A DNA stretch of 64,000 nt from positions 10,619,309 to 10,683,308 of the forward strand of contig CM082591.2 of NCBI GenBank assembly GCA_040954595.2. The letters are read 5' to 3'. The notes beneath the pieces are model-generated. The model was not told the DNA's origin and made no database searches. It saw only the letters and a program-made list of their open reading frames with translations. A program made the translations under genes and the position numbers. Positions 26,901 to 39,100 of the stretch are shown here, in pieces; position 1 is the first letter of the stretch; every line of letters starts with the position of its first letter. Source of the DNA: Balanoglossus misakiensis. Its lineage: Eukaryota; Animalia; Hemichordata.

Positions 26901-29900
26901 GAGGCTGTGTTTGGAAGCAACCATGGAAACTTTAGAACTATCCGTCGATCGACAGAGTCTAGTGGAAAACTTTCTTATGCGCATAGACCTATCATGTGTT
27001 CTGCGCATCACAACAGAATTTTGTAAACAAACGAGGCTGTGTTTGGAAGCAACCATGGAAACTTTACAACTATCCGTCGTTCTACAGAGTCTAGAGGAAA
27101 ACTTTCTTATCCTCATAGGCCTATCATGTGTTCTGCGCATCACAACAGAATTTTGTAAACAAACGAGGCTGTGTTTGGAAGCAACCATGCGCATAGACCT
27201 ATCATGTGTTCTGCGCATCACAACAGAATTTTGTAAACAAACGAGGCTGTGTTTGGAAGCAACCATGGAAACTTTAGAACTATCCGTCGATCTACAGAGT
27301 CTAGTGGAAAACTTTCTTATGCGCATAGACCTATCATGTGTTCTGCGCATCACAACAGAATTTTGTAAACAAACGAGGCTGTGTTTGGAAGCAACCATGG
27401 AAACTTTTGAACTATCCGTCGATCTACAGAGTCTAGTGGAAAACTTTCTTATGCGCATAGACCTATCATGTGTTCTGCGCATCACAACAGAATTTTGTAA
27501 ACAAACGAGGCTGTGTTTGGAAGCAACCATGGAAACTTTAGAACTATCCGTCGATCTACAGAGTCCAGTGGAAAACTTTCTTATCCTCATAGGCCTATCA
27601 TGTGTTCTGCGCATCACAACAGAATTTTGTAAACAAACGAGGCTGTGTTTGGAAGCAACAATGGAAACTTTAGAACTATCCGTCGATCTACAGTGTCTAG
27701 TGGAAAACTTTCTTATGCGCATAGACCTATCATGTGTTCTGCGCATCACAACAGAATTTTGTAAACGAACGAGGCTGTGTTTGGAAGCAACCATGGAAAC
27801 TTTAGAACTATCCGTCGATCGACCGAGTCTAGTGGAAAACTTTCTTATGCGCATAGACCTATCATGTGTTCTGCGCATCACAACAGAATTTTGTAAACAA
27901 ACGAGGCTGTGTTTGGAAGCAACCATGGAAACTTTAGAACTATCCGTCGATCTACAGAGTCTAGTGGAAAACTTTCTTATGCGCATAGACCTATCATGTG
28001 TTCTGCGCATCACAACAGAATTTTGTAAACAAACGAGGCTGTGTTTGGAAGCAACCATGGAAACTTTAGAACTATCCGTCGATCTACAGTGTCTAGTGGA
28101 AAACTTTCTTATGCGCATAGACCTATCATGTGTTCTGCGCATCACAACAGAATTTTGTAAACAAACGAGGCTGTGTTTGGAAGCAACCATGGAAACTTTA
28201 GAACTATCCGTCGATCGACCGAGTCTAGTGGAAAACTTTCTTATGCGCATAGACCTATCATGTGTTCTGCGCATCACAACAGAATTTTGTAAACAAACGA
28301 GGCTGTGTTTGGAAGCAACCATGGAAACTTTAGAACTATCCGTCGATCTACAGAGTCTAGTGGAAAACTTTCTTATGCGCATAGACCTATCATGTGTTCT
28401 GCGCATCACAACAGAATTTTGTAAACAAACGAGGCTGTGTTTGGAAGCAACCATGGAAACTTTAGAACTATCCGTCGATCGACAGAGTCTGGTGGAAAAC
28501 TTTCTTATGCGCATAGACCTATCATGTGTTCTGCGCATCACAACAGAATTTTGTAAACAAACGAGGCTGTGTTTGGAAGCAACCATGGAAACTTTAGAAC
28601 TATCCGTCGATGGACAGAGTCTAGTGGAAAACTTTCTTATGCGCATAGACCTATCATGTGTTCTGCGCACCAAAACAGAATTTTGTAAACAAACGAGGCT
28701 GTGTTTGGAGGCAACCATGGAAACTTTAGAACTATCCGTCGATCTACATAGTCTAGTGGAAAACTTTCTTATGCGCATAGACCTATCATGTGTTCTGCGC
28801 ATCACAACAGAATTTTGTAAACAAACGAGGCTGTGTTTGGAAGCAACCATGGAAACTTTAGAACTATCCGTCGTTCTACAGAGTCTAGAGGAAAACTTTC
28901 TTATCCTCATAGGCCTATCATGTGTTCTGCGCATCACAACAGAATTTTGTAAACAAACGAGGCTGTGTTTGGAAGCAACCATGCGCATAGACCTATCATG
29001 TGTTCTGCGCATCACAACAGAATTTTGTAAACAAACGAGGCTGTGTTTGGAAGCAACCATGGAAACTATAGAACTATCCGTCGATCTACAGAGTCTAGTG
29101 GAAAACTTTCTTATGCGCATAGACCTATCATGTGTTCTGCGCATCACAACAGAATTTTGTAAACAAACGAGGCTGTGTTTGGAAGCAACCATGGAAACTT
29201 TTTAACTATCCGTCGATCTACAGAGTCTAGTGGAAAACTTTCTAATGCGCATAGACCTATCATGTGTTCTGCGCATCACAACAGAATTTTGTAAACAAAC
29301 GAGGCTGTGTTTGGAAGCAACCATGGAAACTTTAGAACTATCCGTCGATCTACAGAGTCCAGTGGAAAACTTTCTTATCCTCATAGGCCTATCATGTGTT
29401 CTGCGCATCAAAACAGAATTTTGTAAACAGACGAGGCTGTGTTTGGAAGCAACCATGGAAATTTTAGAACTATCCGTCGATCTACAGAGTCTAGTGGAAA
29501 ACTTTCTTATGTGCATAGGTCTATCATGTGTTCTGCGCATCACAACATAATTTTTTAAACAATCGAGGCTGTGTTTGGAAGCAACAATGGAAACTTTAGA
29601 ACTATCCGTCGATCTACAGAGTCTAGTGAACAACTTTCTTATGCGCATAGGCCTATCATGTGTTCTGCGCATCACAACAGAATTCGGTAAATAAACGAGG
29701 GTGTGTTTGGAAGCAACCATGGAAACTTTAGAACTATCCGTCGATCGACAGAGTCTAGTGGAAAACTTTCTCATGCGCATAGACCTATCATGTGTTCTGC
29801 GCATCACAACAGAATTTTGTAAACAAACGAGGCTGTGTTTGGAAGCAACCATGGAAACTTTAGAACTATCCGTCGATCGACAGAGTCTAGTGGAAAACTT

Positions 29901-32900
29901 TCTTATGCGCATAGACCTATCATGTGTTCTGCGCATCACAACAGAATTTTGTAAACAAACGAGGCTGTGTTTGGAAGCAACCATGGAAACTTTACAACTA
30001 TCCGTCGTTCTACAGAGTCTAGAGGAAAACTTTTTTATCCTCATAGGCCTATCATGTGTTCTGCGCATCACAACAGAATTTTGTAAACAAACGAGGCTGT
30101 GTTTGGAAGCAACCATGCGCATAGACCTATCATGTGTTCTGCGCATCACAACAGAATTTTGTAAACAAACGAGGCTGTGTTTGGAAGCAACCATGGAAAC
30201 TTTAGAACTATCCGTCGATCTACAGAGTCTAGTGGAAAACTTTCTTATGCGCATAGACCTATCATGTGTTCTGCGCATCACAACAGAATTTTGTAAACAA
30301 ACGAGGCTGTGTTTGGAAGCAACCATGGAAACTTTTGAACTATCCGTCGATCTACAGAGTCTAGTGGAAAACTTTCTTATGCGCATAGACCTATCATGTG
30401 TTCTGCGCATCACAACAGAATTTTGTAAACAAACGAGGCTGTGTTTGGAAGCAACCATGGAAACTTTAGAACTATCCGTCGATCTACAGAGTCCAGTGGA
30501 AAACTTTCTTATCCTCATAGGCCTATCATGTGTTCTGCGCATCACAACAGAATTTTGTAAACAAACGAGGCTGTGTTTGGAAGCAACAATGGAAACTTTA
30601 GAACTATCCGTCGATCTACAGTGTCTAGTGGAAAACTTTCTTATGCGCATAGACCTATCATGTGTTCTGCGCATCACAACAGAATTTTGTAAACAAACGA
30701 GGCTGTGTTTGGAAGCAACCATGGAAACTTTAGAACTATCCGTCGATCGACCGAGTCTAGTGGAAAACTTTCTTATGCGCATAGACCTATCATGTGTTCT
30801 GCGCATCACAACAGAATTTTGTAAACAAACGAGGCTGTGTTTGGAAGCAACCATGGAAACTTTAGAACTATCCGTCGATCTACAGAGTCTAGTGGAAAAC
30901 TTTCTTATGCGCATAGACCTATCATGTGTTCTGCGCATCACAACAGAATTTTGTAAACAAACGAGGCTGTGTTTGGAAGCAACCATGGAAACTTTAGAAC
31001 TATCCGTCGATCGACAGAGTCTGGTGGAAAACTTTCTTATGCGCATAGACCTATCATGTGTTCTGCGCATCACAACAGAATTTTGTAAACAAACGAGGCT
31101 GTGTTTGGAAGCAACCATGGAAACTTTAGAACTATCCGTCGATGGACAGAGTCTAGTGGAAAACTTTCTTATGCGCATAGACCTATCATGTGTTCTGCGC
31201 ACCAAAACAGAATTTTGTAAACAAACGAGGCTGTGTTTGGAGGCAACCATGGAAACTTTAGAACTATCCGTCGATCTACATAGTCTAGTGGAAAACTTTC
31301 TTATGCGCATAGACCTATCATGTGTTCTGCGCATCACAACAGAATTTTGTAAACAAACGAGGCTGTGTTTGGAAGCAACCATGGAAACTTTAGAACTATC
31401 CGTCGTTCTACAGAGTCTAGAGGAAAACTTTTTTATCCTCATAGGCCTATCATGTGTTCTGCGCATCACAACAGAATTTTGTAAACAAACGAGGCTGTGT
31501 TTGGAAGCAACCATGCGCATAGACCTATCATGTGTTCTGCGCATCACAACAGAATTTTGTAAACAAACGAGGCTGTGTTTGGAAGCAACCATGGAAACTT
31601 TAGAACTATCCGTCGATCTACAGAGTCTAGTGGAAAACTTTCTTATGCGCATAGACCTATCATGTGTTCTGCGCATCACAACAGAATTTTGTAAACAAAC
31701 GAGGCTGTGTTTGGAAGCAACCATGGAAACTTTTGAACTATCCGTCGATCTACAGAGTCTAGTGGAAAACTTTCTAATGCGCATAGACCTATCATGTGTT
31801 CTGCGCATCATAACAGAATTTTGTAAACAAACGAGGCTGTGTTTGGAAGCAACCATGGAAACTTTAGAACTATCCGTCGATCTACAGAGTCCAGTGGAAA
31901 ACTTTCTTATCCTCATAGGCCTATCATGTGTTCTGCGCATCAAAACAGAATTTTGTAAACAAACGAGGCTGTGTTTGGAAGCAACAATGGAAACTTTAGA
32001 ACTATCCGTCGATCTACAGTGTCTAGTGGAAAACTTTCTTATGCGCATAGACCTATCATGTGTTCTGCGCATCACAACAGAATTTTGTAAACAAACGAGG
32101 CTGTGTTTGGAAGCAACCATGGAAACTTTAGAACTATCCGTCGATCGACAGAGTCTAATGGAAAACTTTCTTATGCGCATAGACCTATCATGTGTTCTGC
32201 GCATCACAACAGAATTTTTTAAACAAACGAGGCTGTGTTTGGAAGCAACCATGGAAACTTTAGAACTATCCGTCGATCTACAGAGTCTAGTGGAAAACTT
32301 TCTTATGCGCATAGACCTATCATGTGTTCTGCGCATCACAACAGAATTTTGTAAACAAACGAGGCTGTGTTTGGAAGCAACCATGAAAACTTTAGAACTA
32401 TCCGTCGATCGACAGAGTCTGGTGGAAAACTTTCTTATGCGCATAGACCTATCATGTGTTCTGCGCATCACAACAGAATTTTGTAAACAAACGAGACTGT
32501 GTTTGGAAGCAACCATGGAAACTTTAGAACTATCCGTCGATGGACAGAGTCTAGTGGAAAACTTTCTTATGCGCATAGACCTATCATGTGTTCTGCGCAT
32601 CACAACAGAATTTTGTAAACAAACGAGGCTGTGTTTGGAGGCAACCATGGAAACTTTAGAACTATCCGTCGATCTACAGAGTCTAGTGGAAAACTTTCTT
32701 ATGCGCATAGACCTATCATGTGTTCTGCGAATCACAACAGAATTTTGTAAACAAACGAGGCTGTGTTTGGAAGCAACCATGGAAACTTTAGAACTATCCG
32801 TCGTTCTACAGAGTCTAGAGGAAAACTTTCTTATCCTCATAGGCCTATCATGTGTTCTGCGCATCACAACAGAATTTTGTAAACAAACGAGGCTGTGTTT

Positions 32901-33130
32901 GGAAGCAACCATGCGCATAGACCTATCATGTGTTCTGCACATAACAACAGAATTTTGTAAACAAACGAGGCTGTGTTTGGAAGCAACCATGGAAACTTTA
33001 GAACTATCCGTCGTTCTGCAGAGTCTACAGGAAAACTTTCTTATCCTCATAGGCCTATCATGTGTTCTGCGCATCACAACAGAATTTTGTAAACAAACGA
33101 GGCTGTGTTTGGAAGCAACCATGGAAACTT

Positions 33131-34039
33131 ATTTTATTTAGTTTGTATACGACTCCGCTTGAGGACATTATAGATAAACACAGTCTACAAAGTATGTTTT
33201 ATGCTGATGACTCTCAGTTGTATATTGCTTGCTCTCGTGATTGTGTCCCGAGTAAAATTATTGAGAACTGTATAAGTGAAATTCGCCAGTGGATGCATGA
33301 TAACATGCTTGTACTTAATGATAGTAAGACCGAAGTTATTAGATTCTCTTCTAAGTTTGGCGATAGGGACCGACCACGAGAGTGTGATGTACAAGTCGGG
33401 GATGTCAGCGTCCATTCATCACCTACAGTGATTGACCTCGGTGTCACATTTGATATTACGATGACCATGACATCACATATTTCCACTTTGTGTAAATCAG
33501 CGTCTTTTGCTTTGTGGAGGATTAGTAAAATCCGGAATTGTCTTGACCAAGAATCAACTGAAAAACTTGTTCATGCTTTTGTAACTTCTAGGTTAGACTA
33601 TTGTAACAGCCTTCTTTATGGCCTGCCAAATTATCAAATCAATAAGTTACAGTCTATTCAGAATGCCGCTGCACGTTTAGTCACTAAAAGCAGGAAAACA
33701 GAACATACTACACCACTACTTAAGAGATTGCACTGGCTTCCTATACAGAAACGGATTGATTTTAAAATTCTTTGTTTAACCTACAAAGTTTTAAATAATA
33801 TGGCTCCGTCGTACCTGAAGGAGCTCATAAGTGTTCGTTCTTCTGTCCGTAACCTTCGTTCTACAACTGATTGTTCTTTTATTCTTGATCATCCCAAAGT
33901 TAACACAGCCTTTTATGGTGACAGGTCATTCTCTACAGGAGCACCACGGTTGTGGAATAAGCTACCGGTTCCACTCCGTAGCAGTGAGAATTTTAATGTT
34001 TTTAAATCCAGCCTTAAAACGTTTTTATTCAGGGAATGA
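33131..34039 (+). pseudogene. 5'-truncated LINE ORF2: reverse transcriptase C-terminal half plus L2-type C-terminal region
   Basis: Motifs include the catalytic YADD, L.LN.SKTE, DLGVTFD, LVHAFVTSRLDYCNSLLYGLP, LQSIQNAAARLV and LHWLPI..RIDFK. There are no internal stops or frameshifts. The endonuclease and the RT N-terminal half are missing. The first 23 aa of ORF 33062..34039 are satellite. Confidence 0.93.
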
Positions 34040-34141
34040 CGTTTTTATCCATTTTTTATCCATTTTTAACCATTGTCTATTTTTTTTTATGATACATTTT
34101 TAGCATTTTACTTGTCTTTGTATTTTTAAGCAGCGATGTAC

Positions 34142-34176
34142 AGCGCTTTGGGATGTCTTTTTACATGGAAAGCGTT
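34142..34176 (+). other. LINE 3'UTR stem-loop, family B copy 1
   Basis: AGCGCTTT pairs with AAAGCGTT (one G-U), with an inner ATGT/ACAT stem, ~15 nt before the (ATT)n tail. Confidence 0.7.
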
Positions 34177-36199
34177 TTTTAAGAATTAAATATTATTATT
34201 ATTATTATTAACTTTAGAACTATCCGTCGTTCTACAGAGTCTAGAGGAAAACTTTCTTATCCTCATAGGCCTATCATGTGTTCTGCGCATCACAACAGAA
34301 TTTTGTAAACAAACGAGGCTGTGTTTGAAAGCAACCATGCGCATAGGCCTATCATGTGTTCTGCGCATCACAACAGAATTCGGTAAATAAACGAGGGTGT
34401 GTTTGGAAGCAACCATGGAAACTTTAGAACTATCCGTCGATCGACAGAGTCTAGTGGAAAACTTTCTTATGCGCATAGACCTATCATGTGTTCTGCGCAT
34501 CACAACAGAATTTTGTAAACAAACGAGGCTGTGTTTGGAAGCAACCATGGAAACTTTAGAACTATCCGTCGATCGACAGAGTCTAGTGGAAAACTTTCTT
34601 ATGCGCATAGACCTATCATGTGTTCTGCGCATCACAACAGAATTGTGTAAACAAACGAGGCTGTGTTTGGAAGCAACCATGGAAACTTTACAACTATCCG
34701 TCGTTCTACAGAGTCTAGAGGAAAACTTTCTGATCCTCATAGGCCTATCATGTGTTCTGCGCATCACAACAGAATTTTGTAAACAAACGAGGCTGTGTTT
34801 GGAAGCAACCATGCGCATAGACCTATCATGTGTTCTGCGCATCACAACAGAATTTTGTAAACAAACGAGGCTGTGTTTGGAAGCAACCATGGAAACTTTA
34901 GAACTATCCGTCATTCTGCAGAGTCTACAGGAAAACTTTCTTATCCTCAAAGGCCTATCATATGTTCTGCGCATCACAAAAGAATTTTGTAAACAAACGA
35001 GGCTGTGTTTGGAAGCAACCATGGAAACTTTAGAAGTATCCGTCGATCTACAGAGTCTAGTGGAAAACTTTCTTATCCTCATAGACCTATCATGTGTTCT
35101 GCGCATCACAACAGAATTTTGTAAACTAACGAGGCTGTGTTTGGAAGCAACCATGGAAACTTTAGAACTATCCGTCGATCTACAGAGTCTATTGGAAAAC
35201 TTTCTTATCCTCATAGACCTATCATGTGTTCTGCGCATCACAACAGAATTTTGTAAACAGACGAGGCTGTGTTTGGAAGCAACCATGGAAATTTTAGAAC
35301 TATCCGTCGATCTACAGAATCTAGTGGAAAACTTTCTTATGTGCATAGGTCTATCATGTGTTCTGCGCATCACAACATAATTTTTTAAACAATCGAGGCT
35401 GTGTTTGGAAGCAACAATGGAAACTTTAGAACTATCCGTCATTCTGCAGAGTCTACAGGAAAACTTTCTTATCCTCAGGCCTATCATGTGTTCTGCGCAT
35501 CACAAAAGAATTTCGTAAACAAACGAGGCTGTGTTTGGAAGCAACCATGGAAACTTTAGAACTATCCGTCAATCTACAGAGTCTAGTGAAAAACTTTCTT
35601 ATGCGCATAGGCCTATCATGTGTTCTGCGCATCACAACAGAATTCGGTAAATAAACGAGGGTGTGTTTGGAAGCAACCATGGAAACTTTAGAACTATCCG
35701 TCGATCGACAGAGTCTAGTGGAAAACTTTCTTATGCGCATAGACCTATCATGTGTTCTGCGCATCACAACAGAATTTTGTAAACAAACGAGGCTGTGTTT
35801 GGACGCAACCATGGAAACTTTAGAACTATCCGTCGATCGACAGAGTCTAGTGGAAAACTTTCTTATGCGCATAGACCTATCATGTGTTCTGCGCATCACA
35901 ACAGAATTTTGTAAACAAACGAGGCTGTGTTTGGAAGCAACCATGGAAACTTTAGAACTATCCGTCGATCTACAGAGTCTAGTGGAAAACTTTCTTATGC
36001 GCATAGACCTATCATGTGTTCTGCGCATCACAACAGAATTTTGTAAACAAACGAGGCTGTGTTTGGAGGCAACCATGGAAACTTTAGAACTGTCCGTCGA
36101 TCTACAGAGTCTAGTGGAAAACTTTCTTATGCGCATAGACCTATCATGTGTTCTGCGCATAACAACAGAATTTTGTAAACAAACGAGGCTGTGTTTGGA

Positions 36200-39100
36200 A
36201 GCAACCATGAAAACTTTAGAACTATCCGTCGATCGACAGAGTCTGGTGGAAAACTTTCTTATGCGCATAGACCTATCATGTGTTCTGCGCATCACAACAG
36301 AATTTTGTAAACAAACGAGACTGTGTTTGGAAGCAACCATGGAAACTTTAGAACTATCCGTCGATGGACAGAGTCTAGTGGAAAACTTTCTTATGCGCAT
36401 AGACCTATCATGTGTTCTGCGCATCACAACAGAATTTTGTAAACAAACGAGGCTGTGTTTGGAGGCAACCACGGAAACTTTAGAACTATCCGTCGATCTA
36501 CAGAGTCTAGTGGAAAACTTTCTTATGCGCATAGACCTATCATGTGTTCTGCGAATCACAACAGAATTTTGTAAACAAACGAGGCTGTGTTTGGAAGCAA
36601 CCATGGAAACTTTAGAACTATATGTCGTTCTACAGAGTCTAGAGGAAAACTTTCTTATCCTCATAGGCCTATCATGTGTTCTGCGCATCACAACAGAATT
36701 TTGTAAACAAACGAGGCTGTGTTTGGAAGCAACCATGCGCATAGACCTATCATGTGTTCTGCGCATAACAACAGAATTTTGTAAACAAACGAGGCTGTGT
36801 TTGGAAGCAACCATGGAAACTTTAGAACTATCCGTCGTTCTGCAGAGTCTACAGGAAAACTTTCTTATCCTCATAGGCCTATCATGTGTTCTGCGCATCA
36901 CAACAGAATTTTGTAAACAAACGAGGCTGTGTTTGGAAGCAACCATGGAAACTTTAGAACTATCCGTCGTTCTACAGAGTCTAGAGGAAAACTTTCTTAT
37001 CCTCATAGGCCTATCATGTGTTCTGCGCATCACAACAGAATTTTGTAAACAAACGAGGCTGTGTTTGGAAGCAACCATGCGCATAGGCCTATCATGTGTT
37101 CTGCGCATCACAACAGAATTTTGTAAACAAACGAGGCTGTGTTTGGAAGCAACCATGAACACTTTAGAACTATCCGTCGATCTACAGAGTCTAGTGGAAA
37201 ACTTTCTTATGCGCATAGACCTATCATGTGTTCTGCGCATCACAACAGAATTTTGTAAACAAACGAGGCTGTGTTTGGAAGCAACCATGAAAACTTTAGA
37301 ACTATCCGTCGATCGACAGAGTCTGGTGGAAAACTTTCTTATGCGCATAGACCTATCATGTGTTCTGCGCATCACAACAGAATTTTGTAAACAAACGAGG
37401 CTGTGTTTGGAAGCAACCATGGAAACTTTAGAACTATCCGTCGATGGACAGAGTCTAGTGGAAAACTTTCTTATGCGCATAGACCTATCATGTGTTCTGC
37501 GCATCACAACAGAATTTTGTAAACAAACGAGGCTGTGTTTGGAGGCAACCATGGAAACTTTAGAACTATCCGTCGATCTACAGAGTCTAGTGGAAAACTT
37601 TCTTATGCGCATAGACCTATCATGTGTTATGCGAATCACAACAGAATTTTGTAAACAAACGAGGCTGTGTTTGGAAGCAACCATGGAAACTTTAGAACTA
37701 TACGTCGTTCTACAGAGTCTAGAGGAAAACTTTCTTATCCTCATAGGCCTATCATGTGTTCTGCGCATCACAACAGAATTTTGTAAACAAACGAGGCTGT
37801 GTTTGGAAGCAACCATGCGCATAGACCTATCATGTGTTCTGCGCATAACAACAGAATTTTGTAAACAAACGAGGCTGTGTTTGGAAGCAACCATGGAAAC
37901 TTTAGAACTATCCGTCGTTCTGCAGAGTCTACAGGAAAACTTTCTTATCCTCATAGGCCTATCATGTGTTCTGCGCATCACAACAGAATTTTGTAAACAA
38001 ACGAGGCTGTGTTTGGAAGCAACCATGGAAACTTTAGAACTATCCGTCGTTCTACAGAGTCTAGAGGAAAACTTTCTTATCCTCATAGGCCTATCATGTG
38101 TTCTGCGCATCACAACAGAATTTTGTAAACAAACGAGGCTGTGTTTGGAAGCAACCATGCGCATAGGCCTATCATGTGTTCTGCGCATCACAACAGAATT
38201 TTGTAAACAAACGAGGCTGTGTTTGGAAGCAACCATGAACACTTTAGAACTATCCGTCGATCTACAGAGTCTAGTGGAAAACTTTCTTATGCGCATAGAC
38301 CTATCATGTGTTCTGCGCATCACAACAGAATTTTGTAAACAAACGAGGCTGTGTTTGGAAGCAACCATGAAAACTTTAGAACTATCCGTCGATCGACAGA
38401 GTCTGGTGGAAAACTTTCTTATGCGCATAGACCTATCATGTGTTCTGCGCATCACAACAGAATTTTGTAAACAAACGAGACTGTGTTTGGAAGCAACCAT
38501 GGAAACTTTAGAACTATCCGTCGATGGACAGAGTCTAGTGGAAAACTTTCTTATGCGCATAGACCTATCATGTGTTCTGCGCATCACAACAGAATTTTGT
38601 AAACAAACGAGGCTGTGTTTGGAGGCAACCATGGAAACTTTAGAACTATCCGTCGATCTACAGAGTCTAGTGGAAAACTTTCTTATGCGCATAGACCTAT
38701 CATGTGTTATGCGAATCACAACAGAATTTTGTAAACAAACGAGGCTGTGTTTGGAAGCAACCATGGAAACTTTAGAACTATACGTCGTTCTACAGAGTCT
38801 AGAGGAAAACTTTCTTATCCTCATAGGCCTATCATGTGTTCTGCGCATCACAACAGAATTTTGTAAACAAACGAGGCTGTGTTTGGAAGCAACCATGCGC
38901 ATAGACCTATCATGTGTTCTGCGCATAACAACAGAATTTTGTAAACAAACGAGGCTGTGTTTGGAAGCAACCATGGAAACTTTAGAACTATCCGTCGTTC
39001 TGCAGAGTCTACAGGAAAACTTTCTTATCCTCATAGGCCTATCATGTGTTCTGCGCATCACAACAGAATTTTGTAAACAAACGAGGCTGTGTTTGGAAGC

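Larger units (their letters stand above)
33131..34209 (+). mobile_element. 5'-truncated non-LTR retrotransposon (L2/CR1 group), family B, 1079 bp, copy 1
   Basis: It begins inside the RT domain (ILFSLYTTPL...MFYADDSQLY), has a stop at 34037-34039, a T-rich 3'UTR with a stem-loop, and an (ATT)6 tail at 34192-34209. The 5-bp TSD AACTT lies at 33126-33130 and 34210-34214. Confidence 0.96.

Noticed and set aside
33062-34039. RT as a retron, DGR, group II intron or telomerase-like enzyme generating the repeats
   Set aside because: The motifs, 3'UTR hairpin, (ATT)n tail, TSD and 5' truncation identify an ordinary non-LTR retrotransposon fragment. It lacks the N-terminal half of the RT and cannot be functional.
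33185-34103. Short ORFs overlapping LINE B (33185..33415 -, 33214..33486 -, 33831..34103 +) and their copies at 53773-54691
   Set aside because: They are alternate-frame or antisense shadows of the RT ORF with no recognisable motifs.
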